A stretch of DNA of 48,908 bases, taken from the NCBI GenBank assembly GCA_016223105.1, contig JACRPR010000082.1, positions 22,150 through 71,057 of the forward strand. The letters run 5' to 3'. Numbering within the stretch: position 1 is the first letter of the stretch; every line of letters begins with the position of its first letter. This DNA is from Chloroflexota bacterium (GTDB lineage: Bacteria; Chloroflexota; Anaerolineae; UBA4142). This document shows positions 11,454-20,591 of the stretch, piece by piece. The translations under genes were made by a program, and so were the position numbers. Under the pieces are notes generated by a model. It was not told the DNA's origin, made no database searches, and saw only the letters and a program-made list of their open reading frames with translations.

Positions 11454-11920
11454 ATCTCGTCAACCGCGCCGCGACCGAGGCAGACGCGCTGATGCTCGCG
11501 CAAATGAACCAGCGGCTCATCGAGGACGAACACAGTCGCAATCCGATGACGATTGATGAGTTACATAAGCGAATGACGGGCTGGCTAAAAGATGAATGGG
11601 GCGCGCAATTATTTGTGGAATCGGACACGATCATCGGCTACGCGCTCTATCAATTGCGCCAAGCCGATTATTACCCTAATCGCCAAATGGTGTACATACG
11701 CCAGTTTTACATCGAACGCGATTTTCGAAACAGAGGATTGGGAAGTCGCGCGTTCAAATTGCTGGTCGAAAATTGTTTCTCCGCCGATTGCGCCATCACG
11801 ATTGATGTCCTGGCTTCCAACCCGGACGGTTATCGCTTTTGGTCGCGCGTTGGTTTTCATCCGTACTGTACGACAATGAATCTGCAACGACAGGAAAATC
11901 GGGATGCCCAAACGAACTGA
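11450..11920 (+). CDS. GNAT family N-acetyltransferase
   Basis: [17 protein letters not shown] acetyl-CoA motif, N..GYRFW.RVGF. ATGA overlap with carA; overlaps the carB start. Confidence 0.85.
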   Translation: MNLVNRAATEADALMLAQMNQRLIEDEHSRNPMTIDELHKRMTGWLKDEWGAQLFVESDTIIGYALYQLRQADYYPNRQMVYIRQFYIERDFRNRGLGSRAFKLLVENCFSADCAITIDVLASNPDGYRFWSRVGFHPYCTTMNLQRQENRDAQTN

Positions 11921-14813
11921 CATTCATTCCGTTCTCATCATCGGCTCCGGTCCGATCGTGATCGGACAAGCGTGCGAGTTTGATTAACTCGCGGAGGATC
12001 GTTTGTTGTTCAAAGACGCGATGTTGGAGATCGGGCTCGATGTGCCGCGATCCGGTGTCGCGTCATCGGTTGAGCAAGCGATTGATCTCGCGGATCGCGT
12101 AACGCATTATCCGGTGATTGTGCGCCCGTCGTTCACGCTCGGCGGAAGCGGCGGCGGGATCGCGCGCGATGAAACCGAATTACGCGCGCTCGCGGAACGC
12201 GGCATCAAATCAAGTCCGGTCGGCACGGTGTTGATCGAAGAATCGGTGCTGGGTTGGAAAGAGTACGAGCTTGAAGTGATGCGTGACCGCGCGGATAATT
12301 TCGTCGTGATCTGCTCGATTGAAAATTTCGATCCGATGGGCGTGCATACCGGCGACAGCATCACCGTCGCGCCCGCGCAAACGTTGAGCGACCGCGAATA
12401 CCAGGTCTTGCGCGATCACGCGCGCCAGGTGATCACGCGCGTCGGCGTCGAGACCGGCGGATCGAACATTCAGTTCGGCGTCAATCCGCGTGATGGGCGC
12501 GTCGTGATTATCGAAATGAATCCGCGCGTGTCGCGCTCGTCCGCGCTCGCGTCGAAAGCAACTGGGTTTCCCATCGCGAAAATCGCGGCGAAACTCGCGA
12601 TCGGTTACACGCTCGATGAAATTCGCAACGACATTACGCGCGTGACACCCGCATCGTTCGAGCCGACGCTCGATTACGTCGTCGTGAAAATTCCGCGCTG
12701 GGATTTCGCAAAATTTCCCGGTGTGCCGCAAACGCTCGATACGCAAATGCGCTCGGTCGGCGAAGCGATGGCGATTGGGCGGACATTCAAAGAGGCGTTG
12801 CAAAAGGGATTGCGGAGTTTGGAGATTGGTGCGGATGGGTTGAACGTAGGGGCGACGCATGCGTCGCCCCTACAGACCGCGACGCCGCATCGCATTTTTG
12901 AAATTGCCGATGCGATACGCGCGGGTGAGCCAATCGAAAAAATCGCGCAAGAGAGTGCGGTTGATCCCTGGTTTCTCGCGCAGATGCGCGAAATTGTTGA
13001 ACTCGAAAACGAATTGAAAACGCACACGCTCGAAACATTGCCGAAGGATTTGTTGCGCGAAGCAAAACGGTTTGGATTTTCGGACGCGCAAATCGCGCGA
13101 TTTGTAAAATCGGACGCGGCGCAAATTCGCGCGCGGCGCGACGCGCCGGTTTATCATCGCGTTGACACTTGCGCCGCCGAGTTTGAAGCGTTCACGCCGT
13201 ACCTGTACTCGACGTACGAAACAAGCGACGAAGCCGCGCCGAGCGAAAAAAATAAAGTGATGATTCTCGGCGGCGGTCCGAATCGCATCGGGCAGGGCAT
13301 CGAGTTTGATTATTGTTGCGTCCACGCCGCGTTCGCTTTGCGCGACCTGGGTTACGAAACGATCATGGTCAACTGCAATCCCGAAACGGTCAGCACCGAT
13401 TACGACACGTCGGATCGTTTGTATTTCGAGCCGCTCACGTTTGAAGATGTGCTGAACATTGTCGAGCGCGAATCGTCGCGCGGAAAATTGTGCGGCGTGA
13501 TCGTGCAATTCGGCGGACAGACGCCGCTCAAGTTGGCGTTGCCTTTGCATCGCGCCGGTGTTCCCATTTTGGGAACGTCGCCGGACGCGATTGATCTCGC
13601 GGAGGATCGCGAACGATTCAGCGCGTTGCTCGATCAGTTGAACATCCCGCAACCCGCGCACGGTCTCGCGCGCTCGCTCGACGACGCGCGAATTATCGCG
13701 CGTGAAATTGGTTATCCGGTTTTGGTGCGACCCTCGTACGTGCTTGGCGGACGCGCGATGGCGATCTGTTATTCCGAAAATGATCTCGCGCATTTTGTCG
13801 CGGAAGCGATTATCGCCGCGCCCGATCATCCGGTTCTAATTGATCGCTATCTCGAAGATGCGTACGAAGTGGATGTGGACGCGATCGCGGACGGCACGCG
13901 CGTGGTCATCGGCGGAATTTTGCAACACATCGAAGAAGCGGGCGTACATTCTGGCGATTCCGCGATGGTTCTGCCGCCGTACAAAGTGAGTTTCTTTCAT
14001 CTCAACACGATTCGCGAGTACACGCACGCGCTCGGCATCGCGCTCGGTGGGCGCGGGTTGATGAACGCGCAGTTCGCGATCAAGGACGACATTGTGTACG
14101 TGCTTGAAGTGAATCCGCGCGCGTCGCGCACCGTGCCGTTCATCAGCAAAGCGGTCGGCGTGCCGCTCGCGAAAATCGCGGCGCAAGTGATGGCAGGCAA
14201 ATCGCTCGACGACCTGGGTCTGATCGAAGAGCCGCGCGTGGATGGATTTTTTGTCAAGGAAGCGGTTTTGCCGTTCAAAAAATTTCTCGGCGCGGACGCG
14301 TTGTTGGGACCGGAAATGCGAAGCACGGGCGAAGTGATGGGACACGCGTCCGATTTCGGGCGCGCGTTTGCGAAAGCGGAAATGGCGGCGGGGAATCGTT
14401 TGCCGCTCGCGGGGCAGGTGTTTTTGAGCGTCAACGATTTCGACAAGAGCGCGATTTTGAAAATTGCGCGCGATCTCAACGCGATGGGATTTCGTTTGAC
14501 CGCGACACGCGGCACGGCAGAATTTATCGCGCGCGTGAATTTGCCGGTTGAACAAATCAATAAAGTGCGCGACGGCTCGCCGCACATCGTGGATGCGATT
14601 CGCGCTGGGCAGATCGCGCTGATCATCAACACGCCGCTCGGACGCGACGCGCATAGCGACGGCAAAGCGATTCGCGTCGCCGCAACGCAGTACGATGTGC
14701 CGCTGATCACAACATTGTCTGCCGCGCAAGCCGCAGTCAGCGGGATTCGCGCGTTGAAAGCGAAACAGTTAAAGGTGCGAAGTTTGCAGGAGCATCATTC
14801 AAGTCAAAAGTGA
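11904..14813 (+). pseudogene. carB: Carbamoyl-phosphate synthase large subunit with in-frame N-terminal deletion and TAA at 11985-11987 (true pseudogene or assembly error)
   Basis: ATG 11904 gives [27 protein letters not shown], followed directly in the same frame by [12 protein letters not shown]. The conserved YSG.QAC..NSNPATIMTD..GGQT segment is absent. The remainder (12003-14813) is typical CarB. Confidence 0.9.
12846..12873. repeat. Perfect 28-bp GTAG-type REP palindrome GTAGGGGCGACGCATGCGTCGCCCCTAC, in frame in carB (VGATHASPL)
   Basis: Self-complementary over its full length; GTAG...CTAC ends are typical of RAYT-associated REPs. Confidence 0.9.
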
Positions 14814-14864
14814 AAAGTTAAAAGGCAAAAGTACTTTTTCCTTTTTACTTTTAACTTTTCACTT
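14803..14864. repeat. Inverted heptamer array (AAAAGT(G/T))n / (ACTTTT(A/C))n; probable terminator; supplies the carB stop
   Basis: GTCAAAAGTGAAAAGTTAAAAGGCAAAAGT followed by ACTTTTTCCTTTTTACTTTTAACTTTTCACTT. Confidence 0.75.
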
Positions 14865-14910
14865 GATTCAGATTGCGGTATAATCTGAGTCGGGAAAGGA
14901 GCGAAGCGAG

Positions 14911-15138
14911 ATGATAAATGCACAAATGAAATCTACGGAAGAATTGATGCGCGTGTTGCCGATGGAATTGCAACAAGAAGTGCGCGATTTTGTTGTGTTC
15001 TTGATCGAAAAGCAATCCAAGAAACCGCGTGGTAAATTACGGATGGATTGGGCTGGCGCGTTGAAAGATTTGCGCGACCAGTACACGTCCGTCGAACTCC
15101 AACACAAAGCATCTGATTGGATGGCGGGAGAACAATGA
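14911..15138 (+). CDS. DUF2281-type antitoxin
   Basis: LP.ELQQEVRDFV.FL..K...WAGAL...YTSVELQH; AAGGAG RBS; TATAAT at 14879-14884; coupled to a PIN gene. Confidence 0.8.
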   Translation: MINAQMKSTEELMRVLPMELQQEVRDFVVFLIEKQSKKPRGKLRMDWAGALKDLRDQYTSVELQHKASDWMAGEQ

Positions 15139-15533
15139 GAATTCTTCTCGATACCAATATTATTCTCGAAATTCTCTTGGAGCAAGAAAAAGCAAAAGAA
15201 GTCAAAGCGCTTTTTGACCGACTCGATCAACACGAGACATTCCTTTCCGCTTTTTCGCTTTACTCCATCGGACTCGTCTTTTTCCGGCGCAAACGGCACG
15301 AGGTCTTTCGCGGTTTTCTAAATGATCTGTTATTGAATGGCGGAGTTGAGGTGTTTTCTCTACTGCCGGAAGATATGGAAACAGTCATTACCACCGCACA
15401 AAAGTTTAACCTCGATTTTGACGACGCATATCAGTACGTCGTCGCGGAAAAACACGATTTGATCTTGATCAGTTTCGATCACGATTTTGATCGTACAGGA
15501 CGCGGACGCAAAACCCCCGCACAAATTTTGTGA
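15135..15533 (+). CDS. vapC: PIN-domain (VapC-like) toxin
   Basis: ILLDTNIILE, LDFDDAYQY, ISFDHDFD; ATGA overlap with the antitoxin. Confidence 0.88.
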   Translation: MRILLDTNIILEILLEQEKAKEVKALFDRLDQHETFLSAFSLYSIGLVFFRRKRHEVFRGFLNDLLLNGGVEVFSLLPEDMETVITTAQKFNLDFDDAYQYVVAEKHDLILISFDHDFDRTGRGRKTPAQIL

Positions 15534-15552
15534 ATTAAATTTTGGGTTTGAA

Positions 15553-15593
15553 AAAAACACGGACGCTTGATTTTCGCAAGCGTCCGTGTTTTT
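15553..15593. terminator. Bidirectional intrinsic terminator between convergent vapC and mutS
   Basis: AAAAACACGGACGCTTG-loop-CAAGCGTCCGTGTTTTT, followed by (TCCGCGTT..)x3 10-mer repeats to 15636. Confidence 0.75.
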
Positions 15594-15638
15594 ATTTCTT
15601 CGATTGATCCGCGTTCGTCCGCGTTTGTCCGCGTCCAA

Positions 15639-18188
15639 TTATTTTTTCTTCGCGCGTTCCGCGAGCTCGAATAATTTGTTGAGCGCTTCGAGCGGCGAAA
15701 GCGACAGCACATCGAGCTTCGCGAGTTCGTCGCGCACCGGATCGGTTTCCGCAAAGAGCGCGAGTTGTACACCGCCGCGCGTAACCTGGTTATGCGTTTC
15801 GCGTTGACTCTCCAATTCCGTCAGCACCTCTTCCGCGCGATGCACCATCGCTTTGGGAATCCCCGCGAGTTGCGCGACGTGAATCCCGTACGATTTATCC
15901 GCGCCGCCGCGCACAATCTTGTGCAGAAACGCGACGCGCCCATCTTGTTCGAGAACCGACACGTTGTAATTGCGGACTTTGGGCAAATACGTTTCGAGTT
16001 CGACGAGTTCGTGATAGTGCGTCGCAAACAACGTTTTCGATCCCAGGTTCGGATGATTGTGGATGTGTTCGACAATCGCGCGCGCGATCGCGATGCCGTC
16101 GTACGTGCTGGTGCCGCGGCCCAGTTCGTCGAGAATGATCAACGACTTGGGCGTGCTGTGCGCGAGAATGTTCGCGGCTTCAACCATCTCGACCATAAAC
16201 GTAGATTGCCCCGCGCTGATTTCATCTTGCGCGCCGATGCGCGTGAAAATGCGATCCACCAATCCCAGCGTCGCGGCTTCCGCCGGCACGAACGAGCCGA
16301 TCTGTGCCATCAACACGATCAGCGCGACCTGGCGACCGAATGTGCTTTTCCCGGACATGTTCGGTCCTGTGATGATGTGAATACATTCATCGCGCGACAA
16401 CAGTACATCGTTCGGCACGAACGGCTCATCGCGCAACGTGAGTTCGACAACCGGGTGGCGTCCCGCAACGACGCGAATTTCGTCGCCGTCGCTCAATTGC
16501 GGACGCACGTAGCGATAGCGCATCGCGACTTCGGCGAGCGCGGCGTACACGTCAATCTCCGCGAGCGCGCGCGCGGTCGCGAGCAAACGCGATCCCGCGC
16601 CCGCGATGTGCGCGCAAATTTCTTTGAACAAGGTCGTCTCAAGTTCGCTGATGCGTTCTTCCGCATTCAGAATCAGCGACTCGTACTCTTTTAATTCCGG
16701 CGTGATGTAACGTTCCGCGTTTGCGAGCGTTTGTTTGCGAATGTAATCGGTCGGCGCTTGCGGCACATTCGGCGTCGTGATTTCGATGTAATAGCCGAAC
16801 ACTTTGTTGTAGCCGACCTTGAGTGATCTGATCCCAGTGCGTTCGCGTTCTTTCCGTTCGAGATTCGCGACCCAGTCTTCGGCGATCCCGTCGAGTTCCG
16901 TAGAGTAACCCGGCTGGATCACGCCGCCGTTGTTCAAGTTCGCCGGCGGTTCGGGGACGAGTGCGCGGGAAACCAGGTTGATGATGTCGGGGCAACTATC
17001 AATTTCTGATTTCTGATTTCTGATTTCTGATTTCTCCCCCGCTCCCTTGCTCCCCTGCTCCCCTACGTCAAGTCGCGCGGTTATTTTGGGAACCACCTCC
17101 AGCGACGCGCGAATCGCGACGACATCGCGCGGGGTGGCGATGGCTTGCGCGACGCGATTCGTGAGGCGTTCGAGATCGCTGATGCGCTTTAATAAATCGC
17201 GCAGAGATTCGCGGCGCGCCGTGTCGCGATAAAACGCGTCCACGTTGTCGAGCCGCGCGTTGAGCGCGTTGAGATCGAGTAGGGGTTGCGTGAGCCACTC
17301 GCGCAATAATCGTCCGCCCATCGCGGTTTTCGTTTCGTCGAGCACACCGAGCAGTGATCCCTTCACACTGCCGCCGCGAATCGTCGCGACGAGCTCGAGA
17401 TTGCGCCGCGTCGCCGGATCGATCAGCATAAAATTCTGTGTCGAGTACGTTCGCAGTGCGGTGAGTTGTGCGAGCGCGGCTTTTTGATTGTCCTGCAAAT
17501 ACTGGACGATCATTCCGGCGGCGCGCGTCGCGAGCGGCAACGCGCCCAAGCCGAATCCATCGAGCGACGCGACGCGGAAATGATCGAGGAGCGTGCGGCG
17601 CGCGGAGTCTAAATCTGGAGATTGGAGATTAGAGATTGGAGATTGGAAATTTCCAACTTCCAACTTCCAACTTCCAACTTCCAATAACAGTTCCGCCGGG
17701 TTCAGCCGATCCAATTCCTGGCGCGCATCGTTTTGCGCGACCTGGGTCGCGGCAAAGATGCCGGTCGTGATGTCGGCGTATGCGATCCCGGCGTGAGCGT
17801 GATCCGCAACGAGCGCGGCGAGATAATTGTTGCGTTTCTCTTCGAGCAAGTTCGGCTCGACGACCGTGCCGGGCGTAATGACGCGCGTTACTTCTCTGGG
17901 CATCAACCCATCCACAAGTTGATCGCTGGTTTGCTCGACAATCGCGACCTTGTGTCCGGCTTGAATCAATTTAGCGAGATACGATTCAACCGCGTGATAT
18001 GGCACGCCCGCGAGCGGTACCCGCGCGCCTGTGCCCATCTCGCGCCCGGTCAAGACGATGTTGCAGACCTCAGCAATTTTTTTCGCATCGTCGTCGAACG
18101 ATTCGTAAAAATCACCGAGCCGGAAAAATACGAGCGTGTCGGGAAATTGTTTTTTGATGCGGAGATACTGTTGGCGGAGTGGAGTCAT
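15639..18188 (-). CDS. mutS: DNA mismatch repair protein MutS
   Basis: MTPLRQQY, FFRLGDFYE, AGVPYH, GRHPVVE, ITGPNMSGKST, IFTRIGA, STFMVEM, DELGRGTST, FATHYHEL, SYGIHVA. Confidence 0.98.
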   Translation of the reverse strand: MTPLRQQYLRIKKQFPDTLVFFRLGDFYESFDDDAKKIAEVCNIVLTGREMGTGARVPLAGVPYHAVESYLAKLIQAGHKVAIVEQTSDQLVDGLMPREVTRVITPGTVVEPNLLEEKRNNYLAALVADHAHAGIAYADITTGIFAATQVAQNDARQELDRLNPAELLLEVGSWKLEVGNFQSPISNLQSPDLDSARRTLLDHFRVASLDGFGLGALPLATRAAGMIVQYLQDNQKAALAQLTALRTYSTQNFMLIDPATRRNLELVATIRGGSVKGSLLGVLDETKTAMGGRLLREWLTQPLLDLNALNARLDNVDAFYRDTARRESLRDLLKRISDLERLTNRVAQAIATPRDVVAIRASLEVVPKITARLDVGEQGSKGAGEKSEIRNQKSEIDSCPDIINLVSRALVPEPPANLNNGGVIQPGYSTELDGIAEDWVANLERKERERTGIRSLKVGYNKVFGYYIEITTPNVPQAPTDYIRKQTLANAERYITPELKEYESLILNAEERISELETTLFKEICAHIAGAGSRLLATARALAEIDVYAALAEVAMRYRYVRPQLSDGDEIRVVAGRHPVVELTLRDEPFVPNDVLLSRDECIHIITGPNMSGKSTFGRQVALIVLMAQIGSFVPAEAATLGLVDRIFTRIGAQDEISAGQSTFMVEMVEAANILAHSTPKSLIILDELGRGTSTYDGIAIARAIVEHIHNHPNLGSKTLFATHYHELVELETYLPKVRNYNVSVLEQDGRVAFLHKIVRGGADKSYGIHVAQLAGIPKAMVHRAEEVLTELESQRETHNQVTRGGVQLALFAETDPVRDELAKLDVLSLSPLEALNKLFELAERAKKK
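17002..17063. repeat. Tandem (ATTTCTG)x4+ and (CTCCCCTG-like)x4 repeats, in frame in mutS
   Basis: Encodes GEQGSKGAGEKSEIRNQKSEI. Confidence 0.85.
17616..17684. repeat. Heptamer arrays (TGGAGAT)n and (TTCCAAC)n, in frame in mutS
   Basis: Encodes LEVGSWKLEVGNFQSPISNLQSP. Confidence 0.88.
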
Positions 18189-18196
18189 CGCGCGCC

Positions 18197-18225
18197 ATAA
18201 TAACGCATTTTATTCCGGTGGGCAA
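18197..18225 (-). promoter_or_regulatory. sigma70-like promoter of mutS, probably leaderless
   Basis: Minus strand TTGCCC-17 nt-TATTAT, then 8 nt to the ATG; no SD. Confidence 0.55.
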
Positions 18226-18238
18226 ATGCGCGCGCGGT

Positions 18239-18266
18239 TTGCTTTGCACGCGAACGCTTGTATAAT
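18239..18266 (+). promoter_or_regulatory. sigma70-like promoter of the PPTase gene
   Basis: TTGCTT-16 nt-TATAAT, 10 nt before ATG 18277. Confidence 0.5.
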
Positions 18267-18276
18267 CGTTTTGAAA

Positions 18277-19002
18277 ATGTTTTGGGAACTCGCGCCCGAT
18301 CAATTGACGCTCGAACCGAATCACATCCACGTGTGGCGCATCGCGCTCGATCTGCCCGCGTCGCGTGTGGACGATTTGCGCGCGCTGATTTCGCGCGATG
18401 AGCTCGCGCGCGCGGACGCGTTTTATTTTCCCGAACACCGCGTGCGGTTCATCGTCGCGCACGCGAGCGTGCGAATGATTCTCGCGCGCTATGCGCGCCG
18501 CGCGCCGCGCGACCTGGTTTTTGCGACGGATGCATTCGGCAAGCCGGCATTGGTTCAGCCCGCGCCGGTTTTGCGCTTCAACCTCGCGCACTCGGAACAT
18601 CTTGCCCTGTGCGCGATCACGCGCGATGCGCCGATTGGCATTGATGTCGAATTGATCAAGCCGCTCGAAAATTTGGACGAACTCGCCGCGCGATTTTTTT
18701 CACCGCATGAAATCGCGGCACTGCGCGCGTTGTCTGCTGATCAACGCACGCGCGGATTTTATGCGTGCTGGACGCGCAAGGAAGCGTACATCAAAGCGGT
18801 GGGGAAGGGCTTGCGCGAGCCGCTCGATCAATTCGCGGTGTCGCTCGCGCCGAATGAACCGGCGCGATTGTTGTTCGCGCGTGATGATCCGCACGCGGCG
18901 GAACAGTGGTCGCTCTTCGCGCTCGAGCCCGCGCCGGGGTACATTGGCGCGAGTGCAATTCACGCGCGGGCGCGCGTGTTGCAGGGCTGGCGCTTGGACT
19001 AG
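18277..19002 (+). CDS. Sfp-type 4'-phosphopantetheinyl transferase
   Basis: FGKP, FNLAHS, IGIDVE, WTRKEAYIKAVGKGL. Confidence 0.92.
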   Translation: MFWELAPDQLTLEPNHIHVWRIALDLPASRVDDLRALISRDELARADAFYFPEHRVRFIVAHASVRMILARYARRAPRDLVFATDAFGKPALVQPAPVLRFNLAHSEHLALCAITRDAPIGIDVELIKPLENLDELAARFFSPHEIAALRALSADQRTRGFYACWTRKEAYIKAVGKGLREPLDQFAVSLAPNEPARLLFARDDPHAAEQWSLFALEPAPGYIGASAIHARARVLQGWRLD

Positions 19003-20568
19003 TCAACCGGCTTGCGCGAGTCGAACGCAATTGCGTCCGGCGGTTTTGGCTTGATACAATGCTTCATCCGCCGATTTGAGAATCGCGATCATATCGTCCC
19101 CGTGGGTTGGCAAAAGCGCGACGCCGATGGAAGCGGTTACGCGCGCGGTTGGATGCACGGGCACAATTAGCAGATCGGCAATCGCCGCGCGTAATTGTTC
19201 GGCGCGGTGCAGGACAAATTCCTGGGTCGTGTTCATCAGCAAGCACAGGAATTCTTCACCGCCATAGCGGCAGACAATATCACTCGCGCGCAGGTGCGTT
19301 GTCAGCGCGCGCGCGATCGCGACGAGAGTTTCATCGCCCGCCAGGTGCCCATAGGTGTCGTTGATGGTTTTGAAATGATCAATGTCCAGGATCAAAATTC
19401 CGATGGCATAGTTATGGCGAAACGCGAGAACAATTTCGCGCGGCAGGGTTTCATTGAGATACCGCCGGTTGTAGAGGTGAGTCAACGGATCGCGAATGGA
19501 TTGTTCCAGCACCTGGATATGCAAATTCTGTAACTCGCCCAGTTGATTTTCCAGGAGCAGATTCGCGGCGTGGAGCGCATTTTCCAATTGTTTGCGTTCG
19601 GTGAGATCAATATCAATCCGGTACAGTTCTTTCCCTCTGCCACGCACTTCGGTAACGGTGTGGTTGGAAAAAACCGCCACGCGGGAACCGTCTTTCCGCA
19701 TTAGCAAAAGTTCGGAGCCAGGAATTCCAATCCCGGTTGTCATCATTTGCGCGATGGCTTGGCGCATGGCGATTTGCATTTCCGGCGGAATAATCAGATC
19801 CACCAAATGTTTGCCCAGCGCTTCGGCGGCGGAATACCCGTACAGTTTTTCACTCGCCGGGTTCCACAACGTTACCGTACCATCCGGCGCATAACCCTGC
19901 ACTGCGATATGCGAAACGCTTTCGACGATGGTCCGAAAGCGTTCTTCGTTTTCGCGCAACGCGGCGTGCACCAATTTTTGTTCGCTAATGTCACTGAGCG
20001 TTGTGCGGCAAACCTGCGCCTGGGTTTCGCTATCTTGCCCGCGTGTCATCTCGAGCCGCGCCCAAAACACATCGCCGGTCGTGTTGTGTTTCATTCGCAC
20101 TTCATAGACCTGCGGTGTGCCGATGGTAAACAGGTGGCGGCGGCGCAAATAGTATTCGTCTTGATCTTCGGGGACAATGAAATGGCTCAGCGGTTGCTTA
20201 ACCAGGTCGCCGCGCGACACGCCGAGCAGGATCGTGGTGCGGAGGTTCGCTTGGAGGATCAAGCCCTGCGGATTGAGTGTAATATATCCGACCGGCGCGA
20301 GATCGTACAGATCAAAATATCGCGCGCGCGCGCTTTCCAACGCGCCTTGCACGCGGCGGAGTTCTTCGTTCTGCATTTCCAATTCGATCTGATGCACTTG
20401 GAGTTCGTGAAGCAATTGCCGCGCTTGGTCAAGCGACAGTGCGTCCAGGTTGTCGCCGCGCGTCGCGCGCAGTTTTTCTTCCGCGCGTTGGCGCAAGGTT
20501 TGTTCCGCGCCGAGCGGAGGCGCGGCGGAATCGTTTTGTTGATCGTGTGGAATTGGCATACAATTCAT
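19003..20568 (-). CDS. PAS-PAS-GGDEF diguanylate cyclase
   Basis: HELQVHQIELEMQNEEL coiled coil, two PAS domains, RDPLTHLYNRR, DIDHFK.IND.YGH, RASD I-site, GGEEF. Confidence 0.92.
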   Translation of the reverse strand: MNCMPIPHDQQNDSAAPPLGAEQTLRQRAEEKLRATRGDNLDALSLDQARQLLHELQVHQIELEMQNEELRRVQGALESARARYFDLYDLAPVGYITLNPQGLILQANLRTTILLGVSRGDLVKQPLSHFIVPEDQDEYYLRRRHLFTIGTPQVYEVRMKHNTTGDVFWARLEMTRGQDSETQAQVCRTTLSDISEQKLVHAALRENEERFRTIVESVSHIAVQGYAPDGTVTLWNPASEKLYGYSAAEALGKHLVDLIIPPEMQIAMRQAIAQMMTTGIGIPGSELLLMRKDGSRVAVFSNHTVTEVRGRGKELYRIDIDLTERKQLENALHAANLLLENQLGELQNLHIQVLEQSIRDPLTHLYNRRYLNETLPREIVLAFRHNYAIGILILDIDHFKTINDTYGHLAGDETLVAIARALTTHLRASDIVCRYGGEEFLCLLMNTTQEFVLHRAEQLRAAIADLLIVPVHPTARVTASIGVALLPTHGDDMIAILKSADEALYQAKTAGRNCVRLAQAG

Positions 20569-20591
20569 TTATTTCCGATAAAGTCTATTGT

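Noticed and set aside
11985-11987. Stop-codon readthrough or recoding in carB
   Set aside because: The TAA coincides with loss of ~97 conserved codons, so readthrough would not restore the enzyme.
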